A stretch of 32,524 nucleotides of DNA from Octopus bimaculoides (taxonomy: Eukaryota). Positions 11,149-22,899 of the stretch are shown here, in pieces; positions within the stretch are counted from its first letter, which is position 1; the number at the start of each line of letters is the position of its first letter. The notes under the pieces were generated by a model. It did not search any database, was not told the DNA's origin, and saw only the letters and a program-made list of their open reading frames with translations. The stretch covers positions 80,296,442 to 80,328,965 of the forward strand of contig NC_068984.1 of assembly GCF_001194135.2 (NCBI RefSeq), read 5' to 3'. Made by a program: the position numbers and the translations under genes.

Positions 11149-11735
11149 CATGATGTTCTTTCTGCTCAGTGGTCAGCAGGCGGGGGACAAACTTGGCAGA
11201 GACACGCTGCATGTTCGATTCAGACGCTAAGATTGCCTGCACAGACCCGTACGACAGACTAACAACATCAACAATGTCATTGATTGTCCTCTGGCGATCC
11301 TAAATGCACAAGCTGATGAATTCTCTCCATATTTCCGGGGATGACGCTCGTAGCAGGTCTTAGAGATCACTCATCGTCTTCCAGGGACGTTCTTCTGCTC
11401 TTGAAGCGCCCGTGCCACTCGAAACATTGCGTACAACCCATTGCTTCATCACCGTAAGCTTACTGAAATATACTCAGTGTCTCTGCAGCAGACTTCCCAA
11501 GTTTAACGCAAAATTTCACATGGATTTTTGTCCCTGTCCATGACAAAATCGCAGACTACAGCATACACGTAATCACAAAACACAAATTTCACAACTTGTG
11601 ATGTAAACACAATGATGTTACTCAGCACACTACTTCATAAAGGTCACTGCTAATTCTCACTGAGCACGCAACCGTATGCTGCCATCTGTTGGCGCACTAC
11701 AGAACTAGTCCAGGAACTTTTTGATACCAAGTCGT
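11149..11735 (-). mobile_element. Mariner (irritans-related, HTH_48-type N-terminus) 5' half: TIR and pseudogenised transposase
   Basis: TIR-like ...tatcaaaaagttcctggac at 11735-11710 and ATG at 11541. With frameshifts and stops it reads VKFCVKLGKSAAETLSIF, AYGDEAMGCTQCFEWHGRFKSRRTSLEDDE, DRQRTINDIVDVVSLSYGSVQAIL and MQRVSAKFVPRLLTTEQKEHH (WVP-region motif KFVPRLL). Confidence 0.9.
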
Positions 11736-12737
11736 TGAAGTAAGAAAAAAACAGAAACTAATACATTTATAAAACTAGAATATAGTAGTAATCAACATAC
11801 AGCAAGAGAGGAAAATGGCCCAGGTATGGAATTATTGGGTGTATGTATTTATGTATGGGTGCGTGAGCAAGAGAGATGCTTAATGTAGAAATGAGAAAAA
11901 AGGTTATTTTTATGGTTGAAAAATTGATAATCAGAAAAACTTGAAATATTAGACACGTTAATGTTGAAATTTAGCCGACATAAGAAAATTGAGGGAAGTA
12001 AGGATTTATGAAGTAAAAAAAGAAAAAAAAAACGCAATGACGCTGGAGGAGGAAAGCCAATGGTTACAGTTTGAACACAAAATTTACGATTAAAATAACT
12101 CAACTTTTTTTCAAATATAAAGTGAGATAGTTAAAAGAAATGTACTAATATTTTTATTATAGAAATAACATATAGGAGATTTCAAGAATGGGTAAATACG
12201 TGTATACATATGTGTATGTGTCTGGCTTGAACGAAGATTGAAGAAATACATTATTAGTATAGACATCGGTAAATAGAGTTGTTGGATAAAACTTATAGTT
12301 TAAGACACAGTAATAAAATATGAAATGCAAAAAGGCAACGATGCAAGTTGAAAGTAGAACACTATCTGCGATATATATAAAAAAAAAACTGAAGTATTTT
12401 TTGAAAGTAGCAAAGTAAGAAATAACTAAAGAAAATTGAATATTTATTGTGTTAAGGAAATTAATTGGTCTGGGAATGGAAGTGAATGTGTAAACGCTGC
12501 AGAAGCAATGATGGTTAAATAAAGTCTTTTATCAAAATAAAATATATCAGAAAGAAATATAAAGAGAATGGAATGTAATGTAATGTCAAATCCCAAAAAA
12601 TATAGGTTAGTAGTTGTAAAGAAACAAAGTAGTCAGTTGGTAGTGAAATTAAAATATTCACCCAACAAAAATTCTAACGGAAAACAACTATAAATTCATA
12701 TTCTATCAGCTATTATTGTTAATAATTTAGTTATTCT

Positions 12738-12765
12738 CTGATGAACAAGTTTTTGACGAAACATC
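12738..12765 (+). ncRNA. Decayed minimal hammerhead ribozyme-like motif
   Basis: CTGATGA (12738-44), residual stem II caa/ttg, GAAA (12758-61), then CATC (plausibly CGTC after CpG decay). Stem I and the stem II closing pair are mismatched. Lies just upstream of the GIY-YIG relic. Confidence 0.4.
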
Positions 12766-12879
12766 TAAATATTGCAATGCAGCACAACGAAGAATTTGCT
12801 ATACAAAGTAAAATGAATCTCTAATATAATGCTAACCTATGCTAAACGTAGAGACATGTAATGTAGTAACGTGTCCCCG

Positions 12880-13530
12880 GTTTTTAAGTTCTTTTCTTTA
12901 TGGGCTAAAATTTAAAACTCGTGCAGAAAAAATATGTCTTCTATTCATAAGTATCATAAACTACTTAACCAAAAGATATCAGGATTTTGTATCCAGCCAT
13001 CAAATATCTTGTACAATATCTTGCTGATTGAGAACACAATCTCTCCAAACTGAGAACACAATCTTACCATCAAAATACTCCAAACTATAACTGTACTACT
13101 TCAAAGAAATTACCAGGAAAACGAAGTAATCTATTCTGTCATAGTCAATGTTAATTCGACTTCCCTTTGGTACTTATGGTTAACCGCAGATCCTTTCAAA
13201 AGTAGCTCAACCACAACAGACATCGTTTCGAAACCCCGACAGAAAACTGCTGTATATCGATTGACTTATACCCTGGATACTGAACTTTTCTAACATTCCT
13301 TCTAAATAACAACCAGAAAGTTACGCATCACAATATCTAAAAATCCTTTTCTCTCCTGCACCATTACAACATTCAGAATTACTATTTTTCTGAAGAGAGA
13401 ACAATAAACTATTTAAACCCATTTTCCCCCAGAAGAGGTTACTACTCATCTTATACACTTCCATAGAACCTGCTAACGTTTTTCTTCACTTCAACAAGAG
13501 GCATGACTTGTCCCATGAATTTGCAAACAA
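12880..13530 (+). mobile_element. Penelope-like element (PLE) relic: linker and GIY-YIG endonuclease, heavily frameshifted
   Basis: Ordered fragments: KYHKLLNQKIS (12949), FVSSH (12986), NC..LPGK (13089-13121), in-frame ENEVIY...YLWLTADPFK (13117-13200; GIY/YIG equivalents), TSFRNP (13220), WIL (13274), FNKRHDL (13490). These follow the PLE endonuclease pattern I recall (NVIY..YIGLT..FK.R..NH.TSFR...YIW.LK...LNKR.EL). Confidence 0.6.
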
Positions 13531-13753
13531 TATTCCTTTATATAGCCCATAATGTTATAAACCAATATAATCTGTATTGGGTTTGATCTCTTTTTTCCTC
13601 TTTGAATAACTCGTTAATTTTTTTCTTCATAAAACTGCACATCAGCTTCTTATAAACTCCAAGTTTTTACTTAAAATGAGTTTATACTAATGTTAAACTA
13701 ATTAGATTTTTTACTCTGTTGTTGTTGTTGTTGTTGTTGCTGTTGTTATTGTT

Positions 13754-13964
13754 AAGGCGGCGAGCTGGCAGAATCGTTAGTACGCCAGGCAAAATGCTTA
13801 GCTGTATTTCGTCTGCCGCTACGTTATGAGTTCAAATTCCACCGAGGTCTTTTTTGGCTTTCATCCTTTCGAAGTCGATAAATTAAGTACCAGTGAAACA
13901 TTGGGTCGATGTAATCGACTTATCCCCTCCCTCAAAATGGCTGCCCTTGTGGTAAAATTTGTAG
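13754..13964 (+). mobile_element. SINE family B (copy 1 of tandem trio)
   Basis: aaggcggcgagctggcagaatcgttag head; gagttcaaattcc; aagtaccag; gtcgatgtaatcgactt. Confidence 0.95.
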
Positions 13965-14006
13965 CTATTATTATCTTTATCATTATTATCATCATCATCA
14001 TCATCA

Positions 14007-14048
<42 letters not shown>

Positions 14049-14062
14049 GTAGTAGTAGTAGT
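13965..14062. repeat. Compound trinucleotide microsatellite (ATT)(ATC)(ATT)(AGT)
   Basis: Directly visible; spacer between SINE copies. Confidence 0.95.
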
Positions 14063-14277
14063 AAGGCAACAAGCTGGCAGAATAGCTAGCACGCCGGGAG
14101 GAAATGTTTAGCGACATTTCGTCCGTCTTTACATTCTGAGTTCAAATTCAATCGAGATCAAATTTGCCTTTTATCCTTTTGGTAGTGATAAAATAAGTAC
14201 CAATTGAAAACACTAAGGTTGATTTAATCGACTTATCTCCTCCTTCAAAATTGCTCGCCTTGTACCAATATTTGAAG
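14063..14277 (+). mobile_element. SINE family B (copy 2 of trio)
   Basis: aaggcaacaagctggcagaat head, gagttcaaattc, aagtaccaa and tail cttgtaccaatatttgaa. Confidence 0.9.
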
Positions 14278-14300
14278 TCATTATTATTATTATTATTATT

Positions 14301-14516
14301 GCGACGTACTGGTAGAGTCTTTAAAACGCCGGACATAGTCTTTAGCTGCAGTCCACCAGTCTTCGTGTTTTGAGTTCATACTCCACCGAGGTCGATTTTG
14401 CCTTTCATGGTTCGGAGATCGATAAAATAAATAACATTTGAACACCGAGATCGATGTAATTAGCCAGTCCCTTCCACAAAATCTCAAGTCTTGAGCCTAT
14501 AGCAGAAAGTAGAAAG
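14301..14516 (+). mobile_element. SINE family B, most diverged (copy 3 of trio)
   Basis: gagttcatactccaccgaggtcgattttgcctttcat, gatcgataaaat, gatcgatgtaatt. Confidence 0.8.
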
Positions 14517-15467
14517 GGTTATTATTACATAAATCGTGATTTAAGATTAGACGTTTTTATTCACTTATTAGAGTATAAAAAAGAAACAGAAAATGCAAAG
14601 AAGAAGAAGAAATATGAAGGATATTAAGTAAGATTTTGTTTTAAAAACGCAGTAAAGTTATTCAAACAGGCCTCGCTGTCGGCCTCATCAGAAAAGCTGC
14701 TAATCAATACGTTACACTTGCAATCGTTAACGAATAAGGAACGTTGATGGTTGCAACAGAGATAAAGAAACAAACGAATGGATTAGGTTAGAAGTCCTCA
14801 CGGGGCCGTGGCCCATTTGGTTGCGGTTTGTACAGAAAGAAATATATTAAAAATTTTATTTCTATTTCAGTGTAATGAGTGTTTTTGTACTATATATGTA
14901 TTATACATATAATATACGTGTGATATATTTAAAAATTAAGTTGTATATTATGCACTTTATGGTTTGTTATGCACATGATCTCTCAATATGTGGAACAAAC
15001 TGTCTTGCAGGAAACCGGTCCATCGTACAAAAAGCTGCTGACCACCGTATTAGAAAACGGAAGAAGGGACGATATCGTTATTTGTGTAAAAATTATCATT
15101 TTCATTAGCTGCATTTTAGCTTTATTTCCATTTTCCTTTGTCTAGTTTACGGGATCTAAAATTTTTCTTCCTATTATATTATTATGCTCTCATTTAATTA
15201 TACCTCTGTTTGTATCTTTTGTCATCTATTAGACCTCTATTCCAGCTCCTACACATAACAATATACCCTTGTGTATATATAGACATTTATATAGGTTCTA
15301 TATGTATTTCCATATACGTGTAGGTACATGAGTATATATATGTAGTGAATCTTGTAGGCACGAAGTGGATTCGATCCACCATAGCAAAATTTCAAGTAAC
15401 AGTTCAACAGAACTTTTCTCACGGTGGAACAATAGTTTTTCAGTGACTGCAGTTTTACATTTTTCAG

Positions 15468-15732
15468 ATTGCTTTAGCTCGGCCGAAATAATATCTTCAC
15501 CACTTGACCCTTCTAACCTCTCCTAGACCACCAAAAGCTAGAATTAAGATGACAAGACCACCAACTAAATCTATTGCTCTCAACGATATATCTATCCTTC
15601 TGGGTAGTTATAAAAACAAGAACCCCCAAGCATAAATCAGTTAGTCACTTTGGTGACAGCTCCTGACGTGAGAGAGAGCTAACATCAGTTAGTGAACCGA
15701 CCACTAGAATCATGGAAGCAGGCAGACAAACG
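15468..15732 (+). other. Candidate exon ending in a short coding start MEAGRQT
   Basis: Acceptor gttttacatttttcag|, ATG at 15712 in context aatcATGG, donor ACG|GTAAGA. A 28-codon upstream ORF lies inside. Confidence 0.25.
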
Positions 15733-16113
15733 GTAAGAAGGAAAAAGAAAGACAACGTCCCACACTCTCTCACTAGCTCTAATGCTGTTCTCTTACACCA
15801 CCATTCTATCTTCCTCTATAATTACTACTAAACAATGACGAGAACACAAACACAAACTATGCAAGGAAAATCTATATCTATTTTTACTTCGCATGCTTTA
15901 CGATTTTATCACCTGCCTGTCGAGGCAAGGTATTGTATAATATAACGGTAAAAATAAATATTTCCTTAAAACTTCATGCATTGTTCATTTTCACATCTTA
16001 CATGTCGTTACAAATTAATTCCAGCCGTTACACAAAATTAATCATCATCGTTACATATATATGTGTGTGTGTGTATGTGTATATATAACCAGCTCCAAAT
16101 GTTCCTTGTATCG

Positions 16114-16871
16114 TCCTTTTGTCTTCCTTTTCTGTCCATTATGTTTTCGCCCAGTTTTCGTCTATTTTCCCCTTTTCTATCTAACTTTCGAAATATTCAT
16201 TGCAGCGCAACGCACCTCCGTTTGTTTACTTAACACTAAAAAAAATTCCCTGAATATTTGTAGTGCAACTCTTAACACTTTCTTCTCTCTTTTCTTTTTT
16301 TTGTTTTCCCTCTTCTCCTTAATTGCCTCCCTTGTACCCTGTCCTCTCTCTTTCCTTCTCTCTTACTCTTCTGCTTCTCTCTCTTTTCATGTCTTAGTCC
16401 TCCCACCACTCTTCCTCTCTCCTACCACGTAACCGGTGTCCAGTCAAAGCGCGTCGTTTTTGTTTCTTTTTTGGCCTGCTGCTGACTAAACCAGACACCA
16501 TTTGTGTTCTGTCCTTCAAGGACTTTTTCCATTTCTTTGCGCTAGCTCACTACGTCTGTCTTGATAGCTGAAAAGGCTTTTTTCTGTTTGTATTGAATTG
16601 TTTTAGTACTGTATACGTATGATTATTCCTACAAATTATTGTGCAGCAGTAAGGCATTTTCCATTGCATATTTACCATTCCTTGTCTGTCATATCTTATC
16701 GTTATTTTTTATTGTACATTCAATGTTATTTTATCCTCTCCTCGCACACATTCGTCAGCCTTTTCCTGTAGTTGTATGTTCTTGCGCTCCCGTTGATAAC
16801 AGTGATGTTAGTTTTAAATAGCGTGAACCCACTGAGACGTCTCGGAAACCGACTGATGAGAAAATCAGCAG
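16114..16871 (-). mobile_element. Possible very decayed RTE-like LINE 3' fragment bracketed by an 18-bp direct repeat
   Basis: The minus strand around 16400-16570 gives, with frameshifts, SYQDR..ELAQRNG, KW/WFS, SSRP and TKTTRFDWTP..ERGR, resembling the RTE C-terminus. A purine-rich 3'UTR-like tract follows. Flanked by CAAATGTTCCTTGTATCG at 16096 and 16872. Confidence 0.3.
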
Positions 16872-17744
16872 CAAATGTTCCTTGTATCGCTGAAAAATGC
16901 ATTTTGATACGTGAGGAAAGATGCTTCGAGTACATAAAAGAACTTGGTGAAAATATAATAACGAAACGGATATGGTTGGTGGAGACACCACCCCCTAGAA
17001 CTGATTATTTGCAGTTGTTAAAGACGGACGTAGCAATGATTAATGGAAGAAAGATAACGCGAGTGTTTGGATTTTTTGAGTTACAAAACCGTTAAAATGT
17101 TTACATGACGTTGAACGTAAAAGTGGACATTGCGCCTCATTTTTTTATTCTTGCATATTATCATTTTATTTTAATTACCCCGNNNNNNNNNNNNNNNNNN
17201 NNNNNNNNNNNNNNNNNNNNNNNNNNNNNNNNNNNNNNNNNNNNNNNNNNNNNNNNNNNNNNNNNNNNNNNNNNNNNNNNNNNNNNNNNNNNNNNNNNNN
17301 NNNNNNNNNNNNNNNNNNNNNNNNNNNNNNNNNNNNNNNNNNNNNNNNNNNNNNNNNNNNNNNNNNNNNNNNNNNNNNNNNNNNNNNNNNNNNNNNNNNN
17401 NNNNNNNNNNNNNNNNNNNNNNNNNNNNNNNNNNNNNNNNNNNNNNNNNNNNNNNNNNNNNNNNNNNNNNNNNNNNNNNNNNNNNNNNNNNNNNNNNNNN
17501 NNNNNNNNNNNNNNNNNNNNNNNNNNNNNNNNNNNNNNNNNNNNNNNNNNNNNNNNNNNNNNNNNNNNNNNNNNNNNNNNNNNNNNNNNNNNNNNNNNNN
17601 NNNNNNNNNNNNNNNNNNNNNNNNNNNNNNNNNNNNNNNNNNNNNNNNNNNNNNNNNNNNNNNNNNNNNNNNNNNNNNNNNNNNNNNNNNNNNNNNNNNN
17701 NNNNNNNNNNNNNNNNNNNNNNNNNNNNNNNNNNNNNNNNNNNN

Positions 17745-18010
17745 GAGGCTCCGGCAGGGGATGGTGGTGAACCCTGCTGTACTCTTCCACCACAACTTTC
17801 TCTCACTTTTACTTCCTGTTTCTGTTGTGCCTGTAATTCAAAGGGCCAGGCTTGTCACACTGTCACGCTGAATATCCCCGAGAACTACGTTAAGGGTACA
17901 CGTGCTTGTGGAGTGCTCAGCCACTTGCACGTTAATTTCACGAGCAGGCTGTTCCGTTGCTCGGATCAACTGGAACACTCGATGTCGTAAGCGACGGAGT
18001 GCCAACAACA
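17745..18010 (+). repeat. Interspersed repeat (SINE/LINE-tail-like) 3' part after gap
   Basis: GC-richer block ctacgttaagggtacacgtg...cacgttaatttcacgagcaggctgttccgttg...gacggagtgccaacaaca that I recall as an abundant octopus repeat. No second copy in the window. Confidence 0.5.
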
Positions 18011-18919
18011 AACAGAATAAGAAACAGATACACTGAGACAATTTCTCTCATGTTCACCGATTTATCTCAAACAACGTAACACATTCATCATTTTCACTGA
18101 GACAAAATTTTCTTTCATTACTCCACATCCATTAACTATCATATATAGATATCAACACATTAAAGACATTATCCTTTGACCTTCACTCACCCATAATTTC
18201 ATAACGGCTTTTTTATTGACTTCCATTACACATAACACACGCAAATTTATTTGATTTTTAAATTATCATTAGATCAATTAACAGTCACACGCATTTATAA
18301 TGAATGTATTATACATTACGTTACTACTTACATTTTAATTTCAACCCACTTCCTCTTCCCTCTACATACGCTGCACACCGACGCTTTAATATTCTTATAC
18401 CCAATCATAACAAGTATTTATAAACTGAAAGAAAAAAACAAACAAACTAAATGAATAAATGGTAACAGAAACGTCAACGGTAATTATAAAACGATAAAAA
18501 TTAAAAAAGATTAACTGAATAAGAAATTCTTTACATATTTTTTTTCCTACTTCACTTGACGATTTAGCATTAGTGAAAAATCTGTGCTATAAAATAGCCG
18601 CGTAATCATCGACTCCAATTTGCACTCTATTATAAAGTGTTGGATCTTCTTTATGTTTGTTTTATATTCGCTTGTGAGTATACATACACACACACACACA
18701 TTCATTATTAGTGACGGAAGTAGTTCAAAATCAGTGATCTGTACGCATACGACATGTACACAGAGAGAGAGAGAGAGAGAGAATATGTGTAAAATCCTAG
18801 ATTGATGGTGTGCTATAATATATGTAATATCTATGTAATACACAAGTTCACACACACACACAGAGTAATACGTTTATGTACATGTATGTATATATAAGAG
18901 CATATATACATGCGTATAT

Positions 18920-18953
<34 letters not shown>

Positions 18954-19425
18954 NNNNNNNNNNNNNNNNNNNNNNNNNNNNNNNNNNNNNNNNNNNNNNN
19001 NNNNNNNNNNNNNNNNNNNNNNNNNNNNNNNNNNNNNNNNNNNNNNNNNNNNNNNNNNNNNNNNNNNNNNNNNNNNNNNNNNNNNNNNNNNNNNNNNNNN
19101 NNNNNNNNNNNNNNNNNNNNNNNNNNNNNNNATATAAATTGATTGATAGATAAATAGAAAGAAAGACGGAGAGAGAGAGAGGAAGAAATTCTCACGCATA
19201 CATACAAGCACATATACACGTTAATAACGAACTGAAAGAAGTTCCTCAGAACCGGAATGATGGATGGTATATTCTTTGATGATTGAAAGTCAACAACCTA
19301 ATGGCAACGATTTCCATGCTTGTTGATTAGCTAGTAATTATCCAACACGAGAACGCAGTTGATATCCGGCTACCATGGCAAAATGAGAATATGTATATGC
19401 ATATGTGTGCGCCCGTGTATTTGTA

Positions 19426-19436
19426 TGTGTGTGTGT

Positions 19437-19528
<92 letters not shown>
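19426..19528. repeat. (TG)6 followed by perfect (AC)45
   Basis: Directly visible. Confidence 0.95.
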
Positions 19529-19530
<2 letters not shown>

Positions 19531-19874
19531 TAACACGTACATGACATTTATAAATATTGATACGGATATCCTGTGCAATGTGCTTAATATTATATATTTA
19601 GTCTCACTGTTAAAATATACCTCACGGATATACCGAAGAGTTCAGTCACTTGAAATGTGGATCCTAGTTAATTTACAGTGTCAATCTTCTTCTCGAGGCT
19701 AAACATATGATTATTATACGTATTATATACTACTTCCGAATACACATTACAGAAGGGAAAATTTTGAACATGATTTCTGAGTTTTGTTTCTTCACTTGAT
19801 TTAGACTAAATTGGCATGCTGATTTCAAAACTACAGTTAGTTTTCTTCTATCACTTCAAGATTTTTTGCTACAG

Positions 19875-20037
19875 TTTGCGTCCTCATAATCCGGCAGTTC
19901 GATAGAAAGGTAAAATAAAATAAGTACCAAACTTTTGAAAATAATAGAGGCGGTCTCATCGATTGAATTACAAATGCATAGAAAAACATCAAGACAGTGC
20001 CCAAGCATGGCCGTTGTCCAATGACTGGAAAAAAATA
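19875..20037 (+). mobile_element. SINE family A, 3' fragment
   Basis: aataagtacc and tail cagtgcccaagcatggccgttgtccaatgactggaa. Confidence 0.7.
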
Positions 20038-20279
20038 AATAATTAAAAGGTAGAAGAAAATAATTCAGAAAATAAATTGACATGTTTAGAAGAAAAGCTA
20101 ATCTTCCTTTCCAAGCAAGGGAGACAACTACAAACAAGTTTTGGATGACTGAACCGTCGGTATATTCTTTATTTTTGTCTTAATCACTGGATTGCGTCGA
20201 TGCTGGAGTAATAGATTGAAGAGTTTATCAAACAAATCTGCTATAGTTTTTATTTCAAGGCTGATATTTATTCTTATTT

Positions 20280-20509
20280 CTTTATTGCCCACAAGGGGTT
20301 AAACATAGAGGGGACAAACAAGGACAGACAAATGGGTTAAGTCGATTACATCGACCCCAGTGCGTAACTGGTACTTAATTTATCGACCCCGAAAGGATGA
20401 TAGGCAAAGTCGACCTCGGCGGAATTTGAACTCAGAACATAAAGACAGACGAAATACCGCTAAGCATATCGCGCCCGGCGTGCTAACGTTTCTGCCAGCT
20501 CGCCGCCTT
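20280..20509 (-). mobile_element. SINE family B, young near-consensus copy with a distinct tail
   Basis: Reverse complement reads aaggcggcgagctggcagaaacgttagcacgccggg...gagttcaaattccgccgaggtcgactttgcc...ggggtcgatgtaatcgactt. Confidence 0.95.
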
Positions 20510-20682
20510 GTATTTATTCTATTTGTCTTTTTTTTTTTTTTTTTTTNNNNNNNNNNNNNNNNNNNNAAAGGGTGTAAAGAAACCATACTGGATTTTAAGC
20601 AGTAGGGAAATCAAACACAAAGAGGCTCCCACACATCCATATGAAAAAGAAAGATGTGTGTGTGTGTGTGTGTGTGAACGCA

Positions 20683-20930
20683 CGTGGGCTAATGGGTAGA
20701 GTGTTGCATTCACAGTCGGAAGATGTGATTTCAGTTTCCGAATAAGACAGTGCTTTGTGTTCTTGAGCAAAACACTTGATTTCTCTTTACTCTGAGATCA
20801 CATCATCTGACATATGACATGCCGTGCCCCTGTACAGACAATATCGATTTGATGGAGAGAGTAAGCCAATGTACAGCATAAGCAAATGATCACTGTAAAC
20901 AATTCATTTGTTCGTCTATGACAGGAAAGT
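20683..20930 (+). mobile_element. tRNA-derived SINE, family C (single diverged copy)
   Basis: A-box-like tgggctaatgggtagag, degraded B-box, then tgttcttgagcaaaacacttgatttc resembling the conserved central domain of tRNA SINEs. Confidence 0.5.
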
Positions 20931-21347
20931 TCACGATATACATGTACATACGTATGTACATTATAAAACACTATAAAAGATATCCACTGATTAACATCAC
21001 AGTTTTTTTTATATCATGTTGTTAACTTAAAAATGTAATATTAATTCGGTGCAATATCCATAAAAGGAATGAATTTGCATAGATATACGTTGGTTAGGAT
21101 GTTCAGAGCAAAATATTAAGAATACAAAAGGAAAAGTCTCACTGATATTTGAAAATTCTACTATGTTCAATAAATGCTTTCACAGTTAAAATATAGATAT
21201 CATCCATATAATTATTGCGTAATTAATATCTAAACTTATGTAATTTGAATGAGATGAAGAAGTAAAATTCAAATATGCCGATTAAAGCATCGTTGCTATT
21301 TTAGATATGAAAGACGTGAAAAATACACCCCCCACACACACACACAC

Positions 21348-21498
21348 CTGGCTTCTTACAGTTTCCGTCTATCAAATCCACTCATAACGCTTTGGTCGGC
21401 CTGAGGCATGCACTTGCCTAAGGTGCCTCGCAATAGGACTGAACCTGGAAGTATGTGGCTGGGAAACAAAATTCTTACCGCACACCTACGCCTGCACC
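21348..21498 (-). mobile_element. SINE family A, 5' half
   Basis: Reverse complement: ggtgcaggcgtaggtgtgcggtaag...ggttcagtcc...gagtggatttgatagacggaaactg. Confidence 0.9.
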
Positions 21499-21592
21499 AT
21501 CTTATCACACTCCCACGCAGTATGGAAGGATGTGAGTGTATGTATGCACACATAGATATCTTTATACCTATATATTTATAAATGTACATAGA

Positions 21593-21810
21593 AAGGCGGC
21601 GAGCTCGCAGAAACGTTAGCACATAGGGCGAAATGCTTAGCGGTATTTCGTCTGTCTTTACGTTCTGAGTTCAAATTCCGCGGAGGTCGACTTTGCCTTT
21701 CATGCTTTCAGGGTCGATAAATTAAGTACCAGTTACGAACTGGGGCTGCTCTGATCGACTGTCTCCCTCCCACCAAATTCTGGGCTTTGTGCCTAGAGTA
21801 AAATAAAAAT
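21593..21810 (+). mobile_element. SINE family B, near-consensus
   Basis: aaggcggcgagctcgcagaaacgttag...gagttcaaattccgcggaggtcgactttgcctttcat...aagtaccagttacg. Confidence 0.95.
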
Positions 21811-22134
21811 GAACATAGAAATACGCAAATATACATACGTACTATATATACAAGAATAAGGGCAGGGAATCGTCAATTAATAATAGAATTAATAATTAAC
21901 AATTTTGCCAAGTAGATCAGTATGAAAAAACCTTTATCGGTAAAACCATTTATCATCATAAATATACAGGGATTAGCATTGAGTTGCTTCTCCAACATAC
22001 TGAAAATTTAGAAATAGCAGTCAAAGAACTACTGATTCTAAACTACAAATTTTTCTCTAAACGGATGGCGATATTTATGGCACACATAGAACAAATATAT
22101 ATATATATGCAGCAGCAGACACATGCTTAAATTG

Positions 22135-22198
22135 CTGTGCTGCGGGACTGAACACAAAACCACGTGGTTGTGAAGCGAATTTCTTAACCACACAAAGC
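22135..22198 (-). mobile_element. SINE family A head only
   Basis: Reverse complement: tgtgtggttaagaaattcgcttcacaaccacgtggttttgtgttcagtccc. Confidence 0.65.
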
Positions 22199-22899
22199 GT
22201 TTCAGTGAGTACTGGATACATTCATAATCAATGTGTACTGCCATACTAGTTATTATACTCTGGGAAACTAATTTCAAATAATAATGTGTTTGCGTCTGCT
22301 TGTGTGTGTGTGTGCGCGCGTGCGTGTGTTGTTTTATTTTCTTATACCATTCCCATAACACAATTCCACCTGAAGTCACAGAATAAACTCAATTTTCAAA
22401 TCCATAGTCATATGGAAAACTTCACATTATACGGTTTTCCTTCACTTTAAGCTTTCCTATTCTTTAGCATATTAAACTCGCCGACAAAACTTGGCCATCA
22501 TATCGCCCATTGTTAATGTTGCAAACACGAACAATAATCTACACACAGATGCAATCATACATATATTCATACATTGTGTATGTTTCTCTGTACATATGTG
22601 TGGGTATGTATAGATATGTGTATAAATATGTATGCATGCATATTATGTATGTGTCTTTCTTGAGATGAATTTTTGCAACATTTCTAAGGTTGCTTGGAAA
22701 CTATGAAGTGAGTAAATACATACATATTGTTTAGCATAAACCAAAACAAACAAAAGACGATATAAACCAATTAAAATTTTATTTGTGGTTTTTGCTTGAT
22801 TTTTCTTTCTCCTTTATCTCGCATTTTGGCTGTAAGATTTAAAATTCTTTTTTTTTTTTCTCAACTGTTGAATTTCTGTTTCCCTCGAGTCAAAGAAAT

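Noticed and set aside
13029-13064. Tandem TGAGAACACAATCT x2
   Set aside because: Simple slippage duplication within the PLE relic; not an array.
14660-14700. Minus-strand CTGATGA followed by a GGCC/GGCC stem: possible hammerhead
   Set aside because: No GAAA after the stem (TGTTT instead) and no stem I or III.
15357-15381. T-arm-like GGTGG-ATCGAAT-CCACT on the minus strand
   Set aside because: No A-box, D-arm or anticodon arm upstream.
16772-17095. 107-aa ORF without gaps
   Set aside because: No recognisable motif or convincing splice context; it overlaps repeat-like sequence.
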